Shown piece after piece: positions 40,015-50,743 of a stretch of DNA of 64,000 nucleotides. Numbering within the stretch: position 1 is the first letter of the stretch; every line of letters begins with the position of its first letter. The notes below the pieces were generated by a model that saw only the letters and a program-made list of their open reading frames with translations, did no database searches and was not told the DNA's origin. The position numbers were made by a program, and so were the translations under genes. Source of the stretch: Leptolyngbyaceae cyanobacterium (GTDB taxonomy: Bacteria > Cyanobacteriota > Cyanobacteriia > Phormidesmidales > Phormidesmidaceae); the NCBI GenBank assembly GCA_965263355.1, contig CBDHHL010000032.1, positions 2,208,001 through 2,272,000 on the forward strand. The letters run 5' to 3'.

Positions 40015-41025
40015 CTAACGGCGATCAATAGCAATTTCAATGCGACGATTGCGCTGACGCAATTGGGGATTGCTGTTATCAGTGATGGGCCGACTTTGAC
40101 CATAGCCGATGGTAACCCAGCGATAGTCTGGTAAATTACCCGCTAAATAGGACCTCAAAGCATTGGCTTGTTGAAACGCTAAGTTACGACTTTGGGAGGG
40201 ATCCATATGGTCATCAGTGTGGCTACCAATCAGGATGGTAGCGTTTGGATATTGGGCCAAATCTTCAAAAATACTACCGAGAAGTTCCGGCGCAGTGGTT
40301 AGTAGCCGGGCTTCGCCGGGGACAAATAAGGCATCACTGGGTAGGGTGATTTTAAGTTCAGTTGTCTCTAAAAGTGGATGTTGTGACGTTGTCAGAGTAT
40401 CTTTCTTGTCAGTTTCTGATTCAGTTTGGGATGCGTTAGTAGGCTGGATAGGGAGTTCGTCTGACTGGCCAGAAATCAGTTGACGCTCTAAGCTAACTAG
40501 CCTGCTTTCTACGTCGGCGGTAGATTGTGCCTGTCCCAATCTACTCTCAAGGTCAAACAAGCGTTTGCGAATCGTTTCAAATTCCTGTTGTAGAGCAACC
40601 AGTTCTTCTTCTGCGATCTGACGTTCGCGCTCATTTAAAGCGGCAGGGGGTGTGGTTAATGGATCAACGGGTTGTATGGGAATAGGGATAGGCTCGATGC
40701 GAGTTTCAGGCGGGGGGGCAGGTCGCCAACGACCAGGCAAGTGATAAATTTCTGTAATCACCCGATTAGTACGACGTAAAACGACCTCCTGTAAGGGCAT
40801 CCGTTTAGCTGGAGCTGAAATTAACCTAGTGGTGCCAATACCTAATAACCAAGCGATTGGTATACCTACAAGCAATAAACCGAGCCCTAGTAAGACATTT
40901 GTCCCACGTCCTATCCAACGATGACGAGAAATAGGAGGAGGGGCCTCTATAGTGGGCTCTACAGTAGGGGAGAGTTCTGAAACTGGGTAGGGGGCAGGAA
41001 GTTCAGGGTATCGCTCACTAGACAC
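40015..41025 (-). CDS. OmpA/MotB-domain membrane protein
   Basis: TM helix, coiled coil, ITLPSDALF, GSHTD, GYGQSRP...NRRIEIAI. Confidence 0.88.
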   Translation of the reverse strand: MSSERYPELPAPYPVSELSPTVEPTIEAPPPISRHRWIGRGTNVLLGLGLLLVGIPIAWLLGIGTTRLISAPAKRMPLQEVVLRRTNRVITEIYHLPGRWRPAPPPETRIEPIPIPIQPVDPLTTPPAALNERERQIAEEELVALQQEFETIRKRLFDLESRLGQAQSTADVESRLVSLERQLISGQSDELPIQPTNASQTESETDKKDTLTTSQHPLLETTELKITLPSDALFVPGEARLLTTAPELLGSIFEDLAQYPNATILIGSHTDDHMDPSQSRNLAFQQANALRSYLAGNLPDYRWVTIGYGQSRPITDNSNPQLRQRNRRIEIAIDRR

Positions 41026-41056
41026 AACAATGATCCTCTAGTACCAATAAATTAAC

Positions 41057-42646
41057 CTATTCCTCGGGCCAACCATCCCAAGGATTAACTTCCACCACGT
41101 TTACATCATTGATGACGACTAGAAAATCAAGTTGAGGTTGATCCTCAGGGATAGCCTGGCTCAGACCGGATAGTTTGAAATCATCTGCATAGTCTTCTGC
41201 GGCTGGGTTAGTGGCTTGGTAGCCTGTAATGTTACCGGCCTGATCCAAACGGACCCGATAGCGTAATTCTGGCCCAGTTCGGTCTGGATCTCGGTTGTTA
41301 ATAATGGTTCGTCGCAACTCTTGATTGAGTTCATAAATGCGGTCAACATCCTGAATTGGAGTAGCGACAAAGGCAGAAAGAGTAGCACTTGGTGAGGTTA
41401 TGGTTTCAGAGTTGCTATCTATAGCAACGTCATTGTTTGGTGCAGAGGATTGCTGCCCCATATCATTGCTTGGGTTGTCAGATGATATCCCGTCCTCTGA
41501 GGAATTTGGGTCCTCTGAGGAATTTGATGATTCCACCACATCGGGAATGGTAGCTTCAGAGGCGTCCGTTTCGGGCTCAGGTGTGACGATTTGGTCAGAT
41601 ACCACCTCAACAGTGCCATCGGTTGCAAATGTAACTTCAAACTGAGCCAGTGGCCCTACAGATGTATCACCGACTGGAATATACGTCAGTTCGGGTAGGG
41701 GCGTGTCATCCAAATTGTTTAGTGATGTGTCATTCAATGGGTTATAGCCGACAATATCTCCATTTTCAGCAACGGAAACTTGATAGCTGAGTGAGTCTGT
41801 AAAGCCAGCATCGCTGGGTAAGCGAGTGCTAAGTTGCTGCTGAACCTGTTGCTGCAGGGACACTAATTGAGTACTGTCAGTGATCGTAGTTCTAGTTGGG
41901 GCTGTTTCCCCAGTAACCTCATCAGTAACTTCGCTAGCATCAGTCTCGTCTGTTGGCAACTCAGTTGCTACATCATCATCAGTGGTTGGACTGATGCCAT
42001 TGCTCGTTGGATCGTCCAATACATCTTCCACTCTAGACGTATTCTGTTGCTCTAGCGCCTCGGGCTCAGCTAGTTCTGGCACTGGTAAGAAGAATAAACC
42101 GAACGCGGCTACAGCCAAAGTGCCCATCCCTAATAAGGGGGGAATTACTCTTTGGGTCAAAGGTTCTGCAGCTCGGACATACTTACGGGGTAGAGGAGCT
42201 AGACCGACTGACACATCGGGTAAAGCTTGGCTGTCGGCATAAAACTGATCGATAGCTTCAGCCATATCAAACAGTTGTACTGTCGACAGCTTGATGGTCT
42301 TAGAAACCATATCATCAGTACTTTCACTGGATGAACCATTTAACAGCTCAGGTTTTACGATTAGACGATGGTATTGTCCTTCATCAGGTTCAACCGATAC
42401 CGGTGATGATTGGGATGCCATGTGTTCCGGATGGTCTAACCCACTAATCAAACGTTGGCAATAGGCACTGACGGCAATGACCAGTGCTTTAAAGAAATCT
42501 GTGCCGCCTGATAGGGATTGTTCATCAAGTCCTGCAATCTTAAATTCAGCGTTAGCCAATATGGAGAGCACATTGGATGCATCGGTACTTAAGCCTTCTA
42601 ATATCAGGCTGCAATTTGGCAGCACATACTGTCGTTTAATGGTCAT
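41057..42646 (-). CDS. DUF4335 protein
   Basis: MTIKRQYVLPNCSLILEG, AVSAYCQRLISG, LSTVQLFDMAEAIDQF. Confidence 0.85.
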   Translation of the reverse strand: MTIKRQYVLPNCSLILEGLSTDASNVLSILANAEFKIAGLDEQSLSGGTDFFKALVIAVSAYCQRLISGLDHPEHMASQSSPVSVEPDEGQYHRLIVKPELLNGSSSESTDDMVSKTIKLSTVQLFDMAEAIDQFYADSQALPDVSVGLAPLPRKYVRAAEPLTQRVIPPLLGMGTLAVAAFGLFFLPVPELAEPEALEQQNTSRVEDVLDDPTSNGISPTTDDDVATELPTDETDASEVTDEVTGETAPTRTTITDSTQLVSLQQQVQQQLSTRLPSDAGFTDSLSYQVSVAENGDIVGYNPLNDTSLNNLDDTPLPELTYIPVGDTSVGPLAQFEVTFATDGTVEVVSDQIVTPEPETDASEATIPDVVESSNSSEDPNSSEDGISSDNPSNDMGQQSSAPNNDVAIDSNSETITSPSATLSAFVATPIQDVDRIYELNQELRRTIINNRDPDRTGPELRYRVRLDQAGNITGYQATNPAAEDYADDFKLSGLSQAIPEDQPQLDFLVVINDVNVVEVNPWDGWPEE

Positions 42647-43251
42647 GATATTTCCCCATCAAAGAGGCTGGTCCAAAGGCGTTCTTCACCACGAGTGCCT
42701 GTGCATATCAACAGCTGAGTCAACAGTGAGAGCGCTAGTTTATCAAGTTTTTCATCGGTGCTGTAGGTAATCACCGTAGCCCGCTTAGGATTCATACGAG
42801 CCCGGAAATGGGCACGAAATCGCTTCAAATATTTGGCCAAGCGAAAATGGTGATCCAGAGAAAGCTGCTGATCTTGTAGTTGTTGATAGCCTAAAAATAG
42901 CTGTCGAATCAACCCCGTTAGCTTACGACATAAGTAGCAGACCACTAGCACTAGCGCTTTAGCTTCTTCCAAAGTAAGGGGTTGACGCTGATTAAATTTC
43001 CGTAGCGGGTTAGTACTGCGCAACCGCCAAAGATGCACACGGCTTTTAAGCACATCTTGCAGTCCCAGCTCTCTGATAGCAGCCAACATTACCTGAGATG
43101 CATTAAGTTCAAGGGCCTCAATGGCAAGCATAATAAAGTCCAGCTGCGTTTTTGCCCGACGGGGGCACTCATCGCTTTGGATTCCGTAGTTTGGCAACTT
43201 GTCCAAGATTGGAGATCTGACGGGTTTCTCTGGTGGGCTTTTAACGGTCAT
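42643..43251 (-). CDS. DUF3038 protein
   Basis: QLDFIMLAIEAL, LWRLRSTNPLR, RLWTSLFDG; overlaps the DUF4335 gene. Confidence 0.85.
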   Translation of the reverse strand: MTVKSPPEKPVRSPILDKLPNYGIQSDECPRRAKTQLDFIMLAIEALELNASQVMLAAIRELGLQDVLKSRVHLWRLRSTNPLRKFNQRQPLTLEEAKALVLVVCYLCRKLTGLIRQLFLGYQQLQDQQLSLDHHFRLAKYLKRFRAHFRARMNPKRATVITYSTDEKLDKLALSLLTQLLICTGTRGEERLWTSLFDGEIS

Positions 43252-43628
43252 TCCCTATACGGCTCTTGATAAATTTAGTCGCTGCAGTGGATGTAACTGG
43301 ATATTTACAAATGGGCCAAAAGGCCAGCTCCTATCAAAACATAAACCACATCCAGGTTGAAACCCTGAATTTTCTCCTAGGAAAACCTTAAATTATGACT
43401 GGAAATAGGATTCAGGGTAAACCATATCAACAGCTATATTTCTATGGTCGGCGGTATGTCTCAAGAGCTACATCTAGCATCAACACTTATTCATATCTCT
43501 TATGAAAGTACCCGGTAGCTTAGCCTGAATGAACGTGATTTCCTTAAATGCTTAGGCAACCGGTTTAATCGCAATTTTACGATCTAGAGATGGGGTGCTA
43601 CTCTATGGTGCATTAGTAACTATGTACT

Positions 43629-45125
43629 TTGTCTATGGAGTGGCCGGTAATTTTTCTGGCGGGGGCAGGGACAGGCTGTCTGGCAAGTTGGTTGGTTTGG
43701 CAGTCGCGGTATCAGGTAGTGCGAGAGCGGGCCAAACATGACTTAGTGGCTGAACGCGCCACTATGATTGAACAGTTACGAGCAAAGGATGCTCAACTGA
43801 ATGATTTACAACAGCGGTGCCATAACCTACAAACGGACCTTGAACAGCAGCGAAAAAACCTGACAGCAGAGGCTGCCCAACGGGCCGTGGCTGAAACTAA
43901 AGCTAGCAATATGGCTCATTTAAAGGAACAGCTGCAAACGTTACAGATAGAGAATAGTCGACTGACAGTTCAATTGACCCACAGCCAGACTCAACTTCAG
44001 GAACAGCAGAACGCGACTGACGAGAAGCTGGCCATGCTGCATCAAGCCAAAGTGCAAATGATGGAGGCGTTTAAGGTGCTGTCGGCGGAAGCGTTGCGAA
44101 CTAACAACGAGACCTTTTTAAACTTGGCTCAGACAAAACTGGGGCAAGTTCATAGTCAGTCAACGGGTGAGTTGCTACAGCGGCAGCAGGCGATTGATGG
44201 CTTAGTTCAGCCGTTGCAATCATCTTTAACTAAAGTAGAAGCATATTTACAGGACCTGGAACGTAATCGCTTGTCGGCTTACACTCAGCTCAGCGAGCAG
44301 ATCTCTCAACTAGCCAAAGGACAACTGCAGCTACAAACTGAAACTACTAAGTTAACTAAAGCGCTGAGGGCTCCTAATGTGCGCGGTCGGTGGGGAGAAA
44401 TTCAGCTGAAGCGGGTAGTGGAAATCGCTGGCATGGTTGAGCACTGTGATTTTACTCAGCAGGTAACAGCAGGGGCTTTACGTCCCGATATGGTAGTACA
44501 ACTACCTCAGCAGCGGCATATTGTGGTAGATGCTAAAGCTCCTCTAGCAGCCTATTTAGAGGCCTTAGACATGGCAGAAGAGTCGCGTCGAATCGTCAAA
44601 CTCAAAGAGCATGCGAACCAGGTACGCCGTCATATTCAGCAGCTGGGTCAAAAAGCATATTGGGACCAGTTTCAACCCAGCCCTGAATTCGTGGTGTTGT
44701 TTTTGCCGGGGGAAATTTTCTTTAGTGCCGCTCTGGAACAGGACCCCAGCTTGATAGAAACTGGCATTGCCCAGCGGGTTATTTTGGCCACACCCACCAC
44801 TTTAATTGCACTGCTTAAGGCGGTTGCCTATGGTTGGCAGCAGAATGCGGTTACGGAAAACGCTCAGCAAATTAGTCACCTGGGTCGAGAACTCTATGAA
44901 CGGATGCGGGTGTTTACTGGACATTTGCAAAAAATGCGTCGAGGGTTGGATACCACAGTCGATACCTTTAATAAGGCGGTGGGCTCTTTAGAAAATCGAG
45001 TTTTGGTGAGTGCCCGTAAGTTGAAAGCCCTGGGAGCTGCATCAGGTGATGAGCTAGAGACCGTTGAGCCGATTGATCGCTTACCTCGCAATGTGCTGCC
45101 ATTAGAGGATTTGGGAAAAAATTAG
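43629..45125 (+). CDS. rmuC: DNA recombination protein RmuC
   Basis: RGRWGEIQLKRVVE, RPDMVVQLP, VDAKAP, PEFVVLFLPGE, ATPTTLIALL. Confidence 0.93.
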   Translation: MSMEWPVIFLAGAGTGCLASWLVWQSRYQVVRERAKHDLVAERATMIEQLRAKDAQLNDLQQRCHNLQTDLEQQRKNLTAEAAQRAVAETKASNMAHLKEQLQTLQIENSRLTVQLTHSQTQLQEQQNATDEKLAMLHQAKVQMMEAFKVLSAEALRTNNETFLNLAQTKLGQVHSQSTGELLQRQQAIDGLVQPLQSSLTKVEAYLQDLERNRLSAYTQLSEQISQLAKGQLQLQTETTKLTKALRAPNVRGRWGEIQLKRVVEIAGMVEHCDFTQQVTAGALRPDMVVQLPQQRHIVVDAKAPLAAYLEALDMAEESRRIVKLKEHANQVRRHIQQLGQKAYWDQFQPSPEFVVLFLPGEIFFSAALEQDPSLIETGIAQRVILATPTTLIALLKAVAYGWQQNAVTENAQQISHLGRELYERMRVFTGHLQKMRRGLDTTVDTFNKAVGSLENRVLVSARKLKALGAASGDELETVEPIDRLPRNVLPLEDLGKN

Positions 45126-45593
45126 GCTTGTTCGCACTATAAGACATCTAAATTCTTCATTTTTTTCGTCATAACAGTTTAATAATGAGGATTGACTGAA
45201 GCAATGGCACAACTGGGGTCGACAAACTTGTTAGAAATTTGTCGGTTTATGAGTTAATAATTGCGAGAAACATATAAATGCTGATCAGTAGAGAAGTTTG
45301 TTGCCAATAATGTTTATATGGAGGGTGAGGCACTGCAAAATCATTTTTTCTCGCCTCCCCCCACTTTTTGTGCGCGCAAATCTGGCCTAGGATGAGCAGA
45401 AGACCAAGACTTATTTGGGCTATTCAAATTGCCCCTTTCGCATAATGTCAAAAAGGACATATATGCTTCTGAAGCCTAGTCAGGAATGCGAGTCTTTTAT
45501 CAGGTTAAACATGCCCTCAGTTAATTTCAAGGTTCTGCAGGGCAACCTGTACTGAAAACTCAAGTGCTTTTCCAGACTCTTGCGTTTATCTAA

Positions 45594-47120
45594 ATGCTTT
45601 TGCAAAGATCTTGGGCTATGACTTCTCACAATATTATTTCTATAAAAGGTCTTAATCATTATTTTGGAGAGAATTCTCTTCGGAAGCAGATTCTTTTTAG
45701 TATTAATCTTGAGATTCGCCCTAAAGAATTTGTGATTTTAACTGGACCTTCAGGATCAGGAAAGAGCACATTATTAAGCCTGGTTGGATGTTTACGCTCT
45801 GTGCAATCGGGTAGTCTTAATGTCTTGGGTAAACAACTCAGGGGCGCAAAAAAACAAGATTTAATTCAAGTACGTCGTCAGTTTGGCTATATTACCCAGT
45901 CCAGTAATCTACTAGAATTTCTGACAGCACAACAGAATGTGCAAATGTCGCTGGAATTGCATTCAGAGTTTTCTGCTTCAGAGCGGCGTAATCGGGCAAG
46001 CGCTATTTTGGATTCTGTTGGATTAGGTGATTTTATCAATAGCTATCCCGATAATCTTTCCGGAGGACAGCGTCAGAGGGTAGCAATTGCTTGTGCTCTA
46101 GCTTCCAGGCCTAAATTGATCCTCGCTGATGAACCAACGGCTGCCTTGGATCGTAAATCGGGCCGGAATGTAGTTGCCTTAATGCATCGTCTCGCCAAGG
46201 AACATGGCAGTGCTGTTCTAATGGTGACCCACGATAATCGAATTCTCGATCTAGCCGATCGGATCATCAATGTTGAGGATGGCAAATTAGGATTAGCAGT
46301 GAGTCAAGAACTCGCGATCGCATTCCCTGGCCTGAATCCCTCAATTTTAGAGGACACCGAAACACAACCTACACTTTTGGCCTATGCTGCTGGCGAAGAC
46401 ATTGTGAAACAAGGTGATAGGGCTACGAAGTTTTATGTGTTACTCGAAGGTAAGGTTGATGTATTGATAGAAACGCCTGAGCAAGGCTTAAAGCGAGTTA
46501 GACAGATGACACGAGGAGAGTATTTTGGCGAAATTGGTTTATTGCAAGGTGGTAAACGCACTGCGACAGTCAGGGCTTCTCAAGACTCAGAAGCTAAAGT
46601 AATGGTAATCGATGAAGCACTTTTCTATATCCTCTTAGCAGATTCTGAGCTAACAAACCTGGATATTGCTCACAATCTTCATCAACGAATTATGACCAGT
46701 CATTTAGCACTGGCATTACCAAACCTGACGTCAGCTCGCCTCTCTGAGATTTTAGCTAAAGTAGACGTTATTCGTTATGGACCTAATTCTAAAATCATTC
46801 AAGCAGGTGATCCTGTCAATAAATTCTATTTAATCTACACTGGCAAAGCCTGTGTTTTCAAGATAGGAGAACACGGAGAAAAACAGCTCTTTCAAACTCT
46901 GCAGGCTGGAGATTTCTTTGGGGAAACAGAACTGATCAACTCAACTCCTTATCCTATGACCATTCAAGCGCATCCTGATAATGCTGTAGATGTCATCAGT
47001 CTTAACCAAGAAGATTTTCGTAGCCTTGTGATTGATACTAATGTTAGTCAAGATGAAGTGGCCACTGTTCTTCGTGATCGCTTAATGAGTCAAATTGATA
47101 AAACACTGGTATTAGATTAG
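45594..47120 (+). CDS. DevA-like ABC ATPase fused to two cyclic-nucleotide-binding domains
   Basis: GPSGSGKST, LSGGQRQRVAIA, ILADEPTAALD, VTHDNRILD; then GEYFGEIGLL...RTATV and GDFFGE. Confidence 0.88.
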   Translation: MLLQRSWAMTSHNIISIKGLNHYFGENSLRKQILFSINLEIRPKEFVILTGPSGSGKSTLLSLVGCLRSVQSGSLNVLGKQLRGAKKQDLIQVRRQFGYITQSSNLLEFLTAQQNVQMSLELHSEFSASERRNRASAILDSVGLGDFINSYPDNLSGGQRQRVAIACALASRPKLILADEPTAALDRKSGRNVVALMHRLAKEHGSAVLMVTHDNRILDLADRIINVEDGKLGLAVSQELAIAFPGLNPSILEDTETQPTLLAYAAGEDIVKQGDRATKFYVLLEGKVDVLIETPEQGLKRVRQMTRGEYFGEIGLLQGGKRTATVRASQDSEAKVMVIDEALFYILLADSELTNLDIAHNLHQRIMTSHLALALPNLTSARLSEILAKVDVIRYGPNSKIIQAGDPVNKFYLIYTGKACVFKIGEHGEKQLFQTLQAGDFFGETELINSTPYPMTIQAHPDNAVDVISLNQEDFRSLVIDTNVSQDEVATVLRDRLMSQIDKTLVLD

Positions 47121-47196
47121 TAGTGTAGATGCGAAAAACAGTCCATTAGCGGGAATACTGTAGTGGTCTCAAAAGCTAATCCGATAAATTTCTCGC

Positions 47197-48378
47197 GTGA
47201 ATATTAATCAGTTTCAACTAAAATCCAAGCCATGGATAGCTGTTCTGACAATAGCTACTGGTTTGATCATGGTTAATACTCTAGCAGCTGTTTACTTTTT
47301 TAAGTTTCAAGATAAGCCAGAACAAAATATTGGGTTAGCCACCTCAGAAAATGAACCCACGGTTACTACTATCAATGCTCTAGGTCGAATAGAGCCCCAA
47401 GGTGCCACTACAAACTTGTCGACTACTGGTCAAAGATTAGCCCAGGTACTTGTCAAAGAGGGTGACATTGTTCAAGCTGGGCAAGTGATTGCCATTGCAG
47501 ATAGCGTTCACATTCGTAAGGCAGCACTGGAGGAAGCCAATGCCAAAGTACAAACTGCTCAAGCTAATTTAACCAAGATACAGGCTGGGACTAAAGTAGC
47601 TGATATCAATGCCCAACGCAGTAAAGTAGCGATGTTAGAAGCTCAATGGGCAGGAGATATCGCCACACAAGAAACAAAAATTACTCAATTAGAAGTAGAG
47701 CTACGTAATGCAGCCGCAGAATACCAACGGCACCTAAATCTATATCAGAAAGGTGCGATCTCAGCCTCTGAGTTCGAGACTCAAAAGTTGACGATGGAGT
47801 CGCTACAAGAACAGGTACAAGGGGCTGAGGCAATGTTGGAAAAACTCAATAATACGGGACAAGCCCAAGTTCAAACCGAACGAGAAACCCTAAATAGTAT
47901 CTCCGAAGTTCGCTCGATAGATGTCGTTGAAGCTCAGGCCAGGGTCGCTGAAGCACTTGCATTACAGAGTAAGGCAGAAGCAGATTTAGACTTAGTCTAT
48001 GTGCGCTCTCCCATAGAGGGACAAATTTTAAATCTCCATGTCAAAGCAGGTGAAACGATAGGTTCTCGAGGAATTGCAGAAATTGGTAAAACTCAGCAAA
48101 TGTATGCAGTTGCTGAAATCTACGAAACGGATATTCGTCATATTCGGATTGGTCAGAAAGCAACGTTGACCAGTGAATTTGGTGGATTTATCGGTGAGTT
48201 GACAGGTACCGTCGATCAGATTGGTTTACAAATTGGCAAGCCTGGAACAGTTAACAATAATCCCAGTGCTGTTTCGGACGTAAGGGTCGTGGAAGTTAAA
48301 ATTCGCCTAAATCCTGAAGATAGCGATAGGGTTAAACATTTGAATAAATTGCAGGTTCGGGCATCAATTCAAATCTGA
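47197..48378 (+). CDS. DevB/HlyD-family membrane fusion protein
   Basis: ALGRIEPQG, VKEGDIV, coiled coil, MYAVAEIYETDI, DVRVVEVKIRL. Confidence 0.9.
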   Translation: MNINQFQLKSKPWIAVLTIATGLIMVNTLAAVYFFKFQDKPEQNIGLATSENEPTVTTINALGRIEPQGATTNLSTTGQRLAQVLVKEGDIVQAGQVIAIADSVHIRKAALEEANAKVQTAQANLTKIQAGTKVADINAQRSKVAMLEAQWAGDIATQETKITQLEVELRNAAAEYQRHLNLYQKGAISASEFETQKLTMESLQEQVQGAEAMLEKLNNTGQAQVQTERETLNSISEVRSIDVVEAQARVAEALALQSKAEADLDLVYVRSPIEGQILNLHVKAGETIGSRGIAEIGKTQQMYAVAEIYETDIRHIRIGQKATLTSEFGGFIGELTGTVDQIGLQIGKPGTVNNNPSAVSDVRVVEVKIRLNPEDSDRVKHLNKLQVRASIQI

Positions 48379-48803
48379 ACAGGTTACACTGTTGCTCAAC
48401 GTCCGAAATAACCCGCAGCAACAGCAACAGATTTAGTAGAATTTTAGTAAGATTACTGATGTTACTAGAAAATGTCAGCGTCAGCCTAAAAATACAATAA
48501 ATCAACAGGTTTAGTGAAAACACCGATCTTGTTGTAAATCTTCTCCTAAAACAACTAGAATTTGCAGCAAGAGATTGGTAAAATCACTGATTGTACTAAA
48601 AGCGGCATTTATCTTAAAGCACCTTTCAGCAAGGCATTTCAACTTTTTTCTCTTAGCTGCTACACTTTGTCGAAGGGTTCATCCTACACAAGATTTAGAT
48701 TATTCTAGATTTATGTGATGAAGCTGAAATCTGCCTGATTGTTTTTGGAACACGCTATAATTAATTAAATTATATTGTTACTGCTTAGGCAGCTTTAAAT
48801 CCT

Positions 48804-50627
48804 ATGGCGCTTTTTCCAAATGGTCATTCCTATCCATTGGAGGAGACTTCTTCTTTGGTGGACCTTTTACGCTATAGGGCTTGCTATCAGCCAAACCAAG
48901 TTGCCTATATCTCTTTACAAGATGGTGAAACCGAGTCTGGTCAACTTACCTATCAAGCATTAGATCAGCAAGCACGCGCAATTGCATCTCATTTACAAGC
49001 TTTAGGCGCAAACGGTTCACGAGTGCTGTTAAGCTATCCTCTTTCTGCAAGCCTGGAGTTCACCGCTGCTTTTTTTGGGTGTCTGTATGCTGGAGCAATT
49101 GCTGTGACAGCCTGGCCACCTCTCAACAAATCTTTATTATCTGAGCTGTTGTTTAAGGTATCGGATGCAGAGGTGACGTTTGCTCTCACCACTCGTGCAT
49201 TATTGTCTCGATTTCATCAACAGTTAACCTCAATGCCAAAATTGGCAGATGTGAAATGGGTAGCCACAGATGAAGTCAGCGGTTTGAACCTAGCTGCTAG
49301 CAATTGGCAGGAACCTCTTATTAAGAGCGCTTCATTGGCTTATTTGCAATATACGTCAGGATCCACTGGAAAACCTAAGGGAGCCATGATTACCCATGGT
49401 AATGTACTGGATAACCTGAATCTCATTGCCCATAGTTTTGATTATACATCGAACGACCGTGGGGTTTGTTGGTTGCCGCTTTATCATGACATGGGATTGG
49501 TTGGTGGTGTGATACAGCCCACCTATGTTGGTGGTACGGTAATCATGATGTCGCCAGTGGATTTTATTCTTAAACCTTATCGCTGGCTACAGGCAATTTC
49601 CCATTATCGAGCAACAACCAGTGGAGGACCTAACTTTGCCTATGAGTTATGTATTCGTAAAACCACTCCTGAGCAACGAGCCACCCTTGATCTGAGTTGC
49701 TGGGAAGTGGCAGCTAATGGGGCAGAGCCTGTTCTGGCTGAAACCTTAGAGCTATTTTGCAATACCTTCTCTCCCTATGGATTTAGGAGGAAAGCATTTT
49801 GTCCGGCCTATGGCATGGCAGAAACAACTGTCATGATATCCCTGTGCGCAAGAGCTACAGAGCCAACAGTTCAAACGGTTCATCGACAGGCCTTAGAACA
49901 AAATCAGGTTGAGTCAGCTAAAGACCAACGGAAATCACGGCAACGTGCCCTTGTGGGATGTGGTCAGATTGGACAAAACCATACCCTGGTTATTGCAGAT
50001 CCGGTTACCTCAAGACGGTGCTTGCCTAATCAGGTCGGTGAGATTTGGATATCGGGTCCAAGCATTGCCCAAGGCTATTGGAATCGTCCAGACGAAACTG
50101 AAAAAACATTTAAAGCTTATTTGACAGATACAGGAGAAGGACCGTTTTTGAAAACGGGAGACATGGGATTTTTGCAAGGGGATGAGTTATTTATTGCCGG
50201 ACGACAGAAAGATGTGATTATTCTTTGGGGACGAAACCACTATCCTCATCATCTTGAAATGACTGTTGAACAAAGCCATCCAGCATTGCGACCTGGAGGA
50301 GGAGCGGTCTTTGGTTTGGAGATAAACGGTGAAGAACAATTGGTCGTTGCCCAGGAAGTTGAGTCAAGATATCTGCCATCTCTAGATACGGATGCTGTTA
50401 TAAAAGCTATCCGGCAAGCATTAGTTTCTCATCATATGGTAGAGACCTATGCCATTGTCTTGTTACGACCTGGAAGCGTGCCAAAGACCCCAACCGGTAA
50501 AACTCAACGGTCTGCCTGTCGTACTCAATTTTTAGAAGGACGTCTAAATGTTATTGCCCAGTGGCTCAATAGCCAGCCTGCAAATGGAATTGTGCTTGAT
50601 GCTGCATTGGTTGCTGTAAATACATAG
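48804..50627 (+). CDS. Fatty acyl-AMP ligase (standalone)
   Basis: YLQYTSGSTGKPKG, WLPLYHDMGL, GGPNFAY, YGMAE, KTGD, GRNHYP. Confidence 0.92.
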   Translation: MALFPNGHSYPLEETSSLVDLLRYRACYQPNQVAYISLQDGETESGQLTYQALDQQARAIASHLQALGANGSRVLLSYPLSASLEFTAAFFGCLYAGAIAVTAWPPLNKSLLSELLFKVSDAEVTFALTTRALLSRFHQQLTSMPKLADVKWVATDEVSGLNLAASNWQEPLIKSASLAYLQYTSGSTGKPKGAMITHGNVLDNLNLIAHSFDYTSNDRGVCWLPLYHDMGLVGGVIQPTYVGGTVIMMSPVDFILKPYRWLQAISHYRATTSGGPNFAYELCIRKTTPEQRATLDLSCWEVAANGAEPVLAETLELFCNTFSPYGFRRKAFCPAYGMAETTVMISLCARATEPTVQTVHRQALEQNQVESAKDQRKSRQRALVGCGQIGQNHTLVIADPVTSRRCLPNQVGEIWISGPSIAQGYWNRPDETEKTFKAYLTDTGEGPFLKTGDMGFLQGDELFIAGRQKDVIILWGRNHYPHHLEMTVEQSHPALRPGGGAVFGLEINGEEQLVVAQEVESRYLPSLDTDAVIKAIRQALVSHHMVETYAIVLLRPGSVPKTPTGKTQRSACRTQFLEGRLNVIAQWLNSQPANGIVLDAALVAVNT

Positions 50628-50743
50628 ATAATTGCAGGTAAGTCCCTCGTAACACAGATTTTATCTGTCTGTCTGGTTAAAAATTCTTGTAATTTTCTTT
50701 TTTAGTTTCATTGATTTATAGCTGTTAGTCATCAGATATATAC

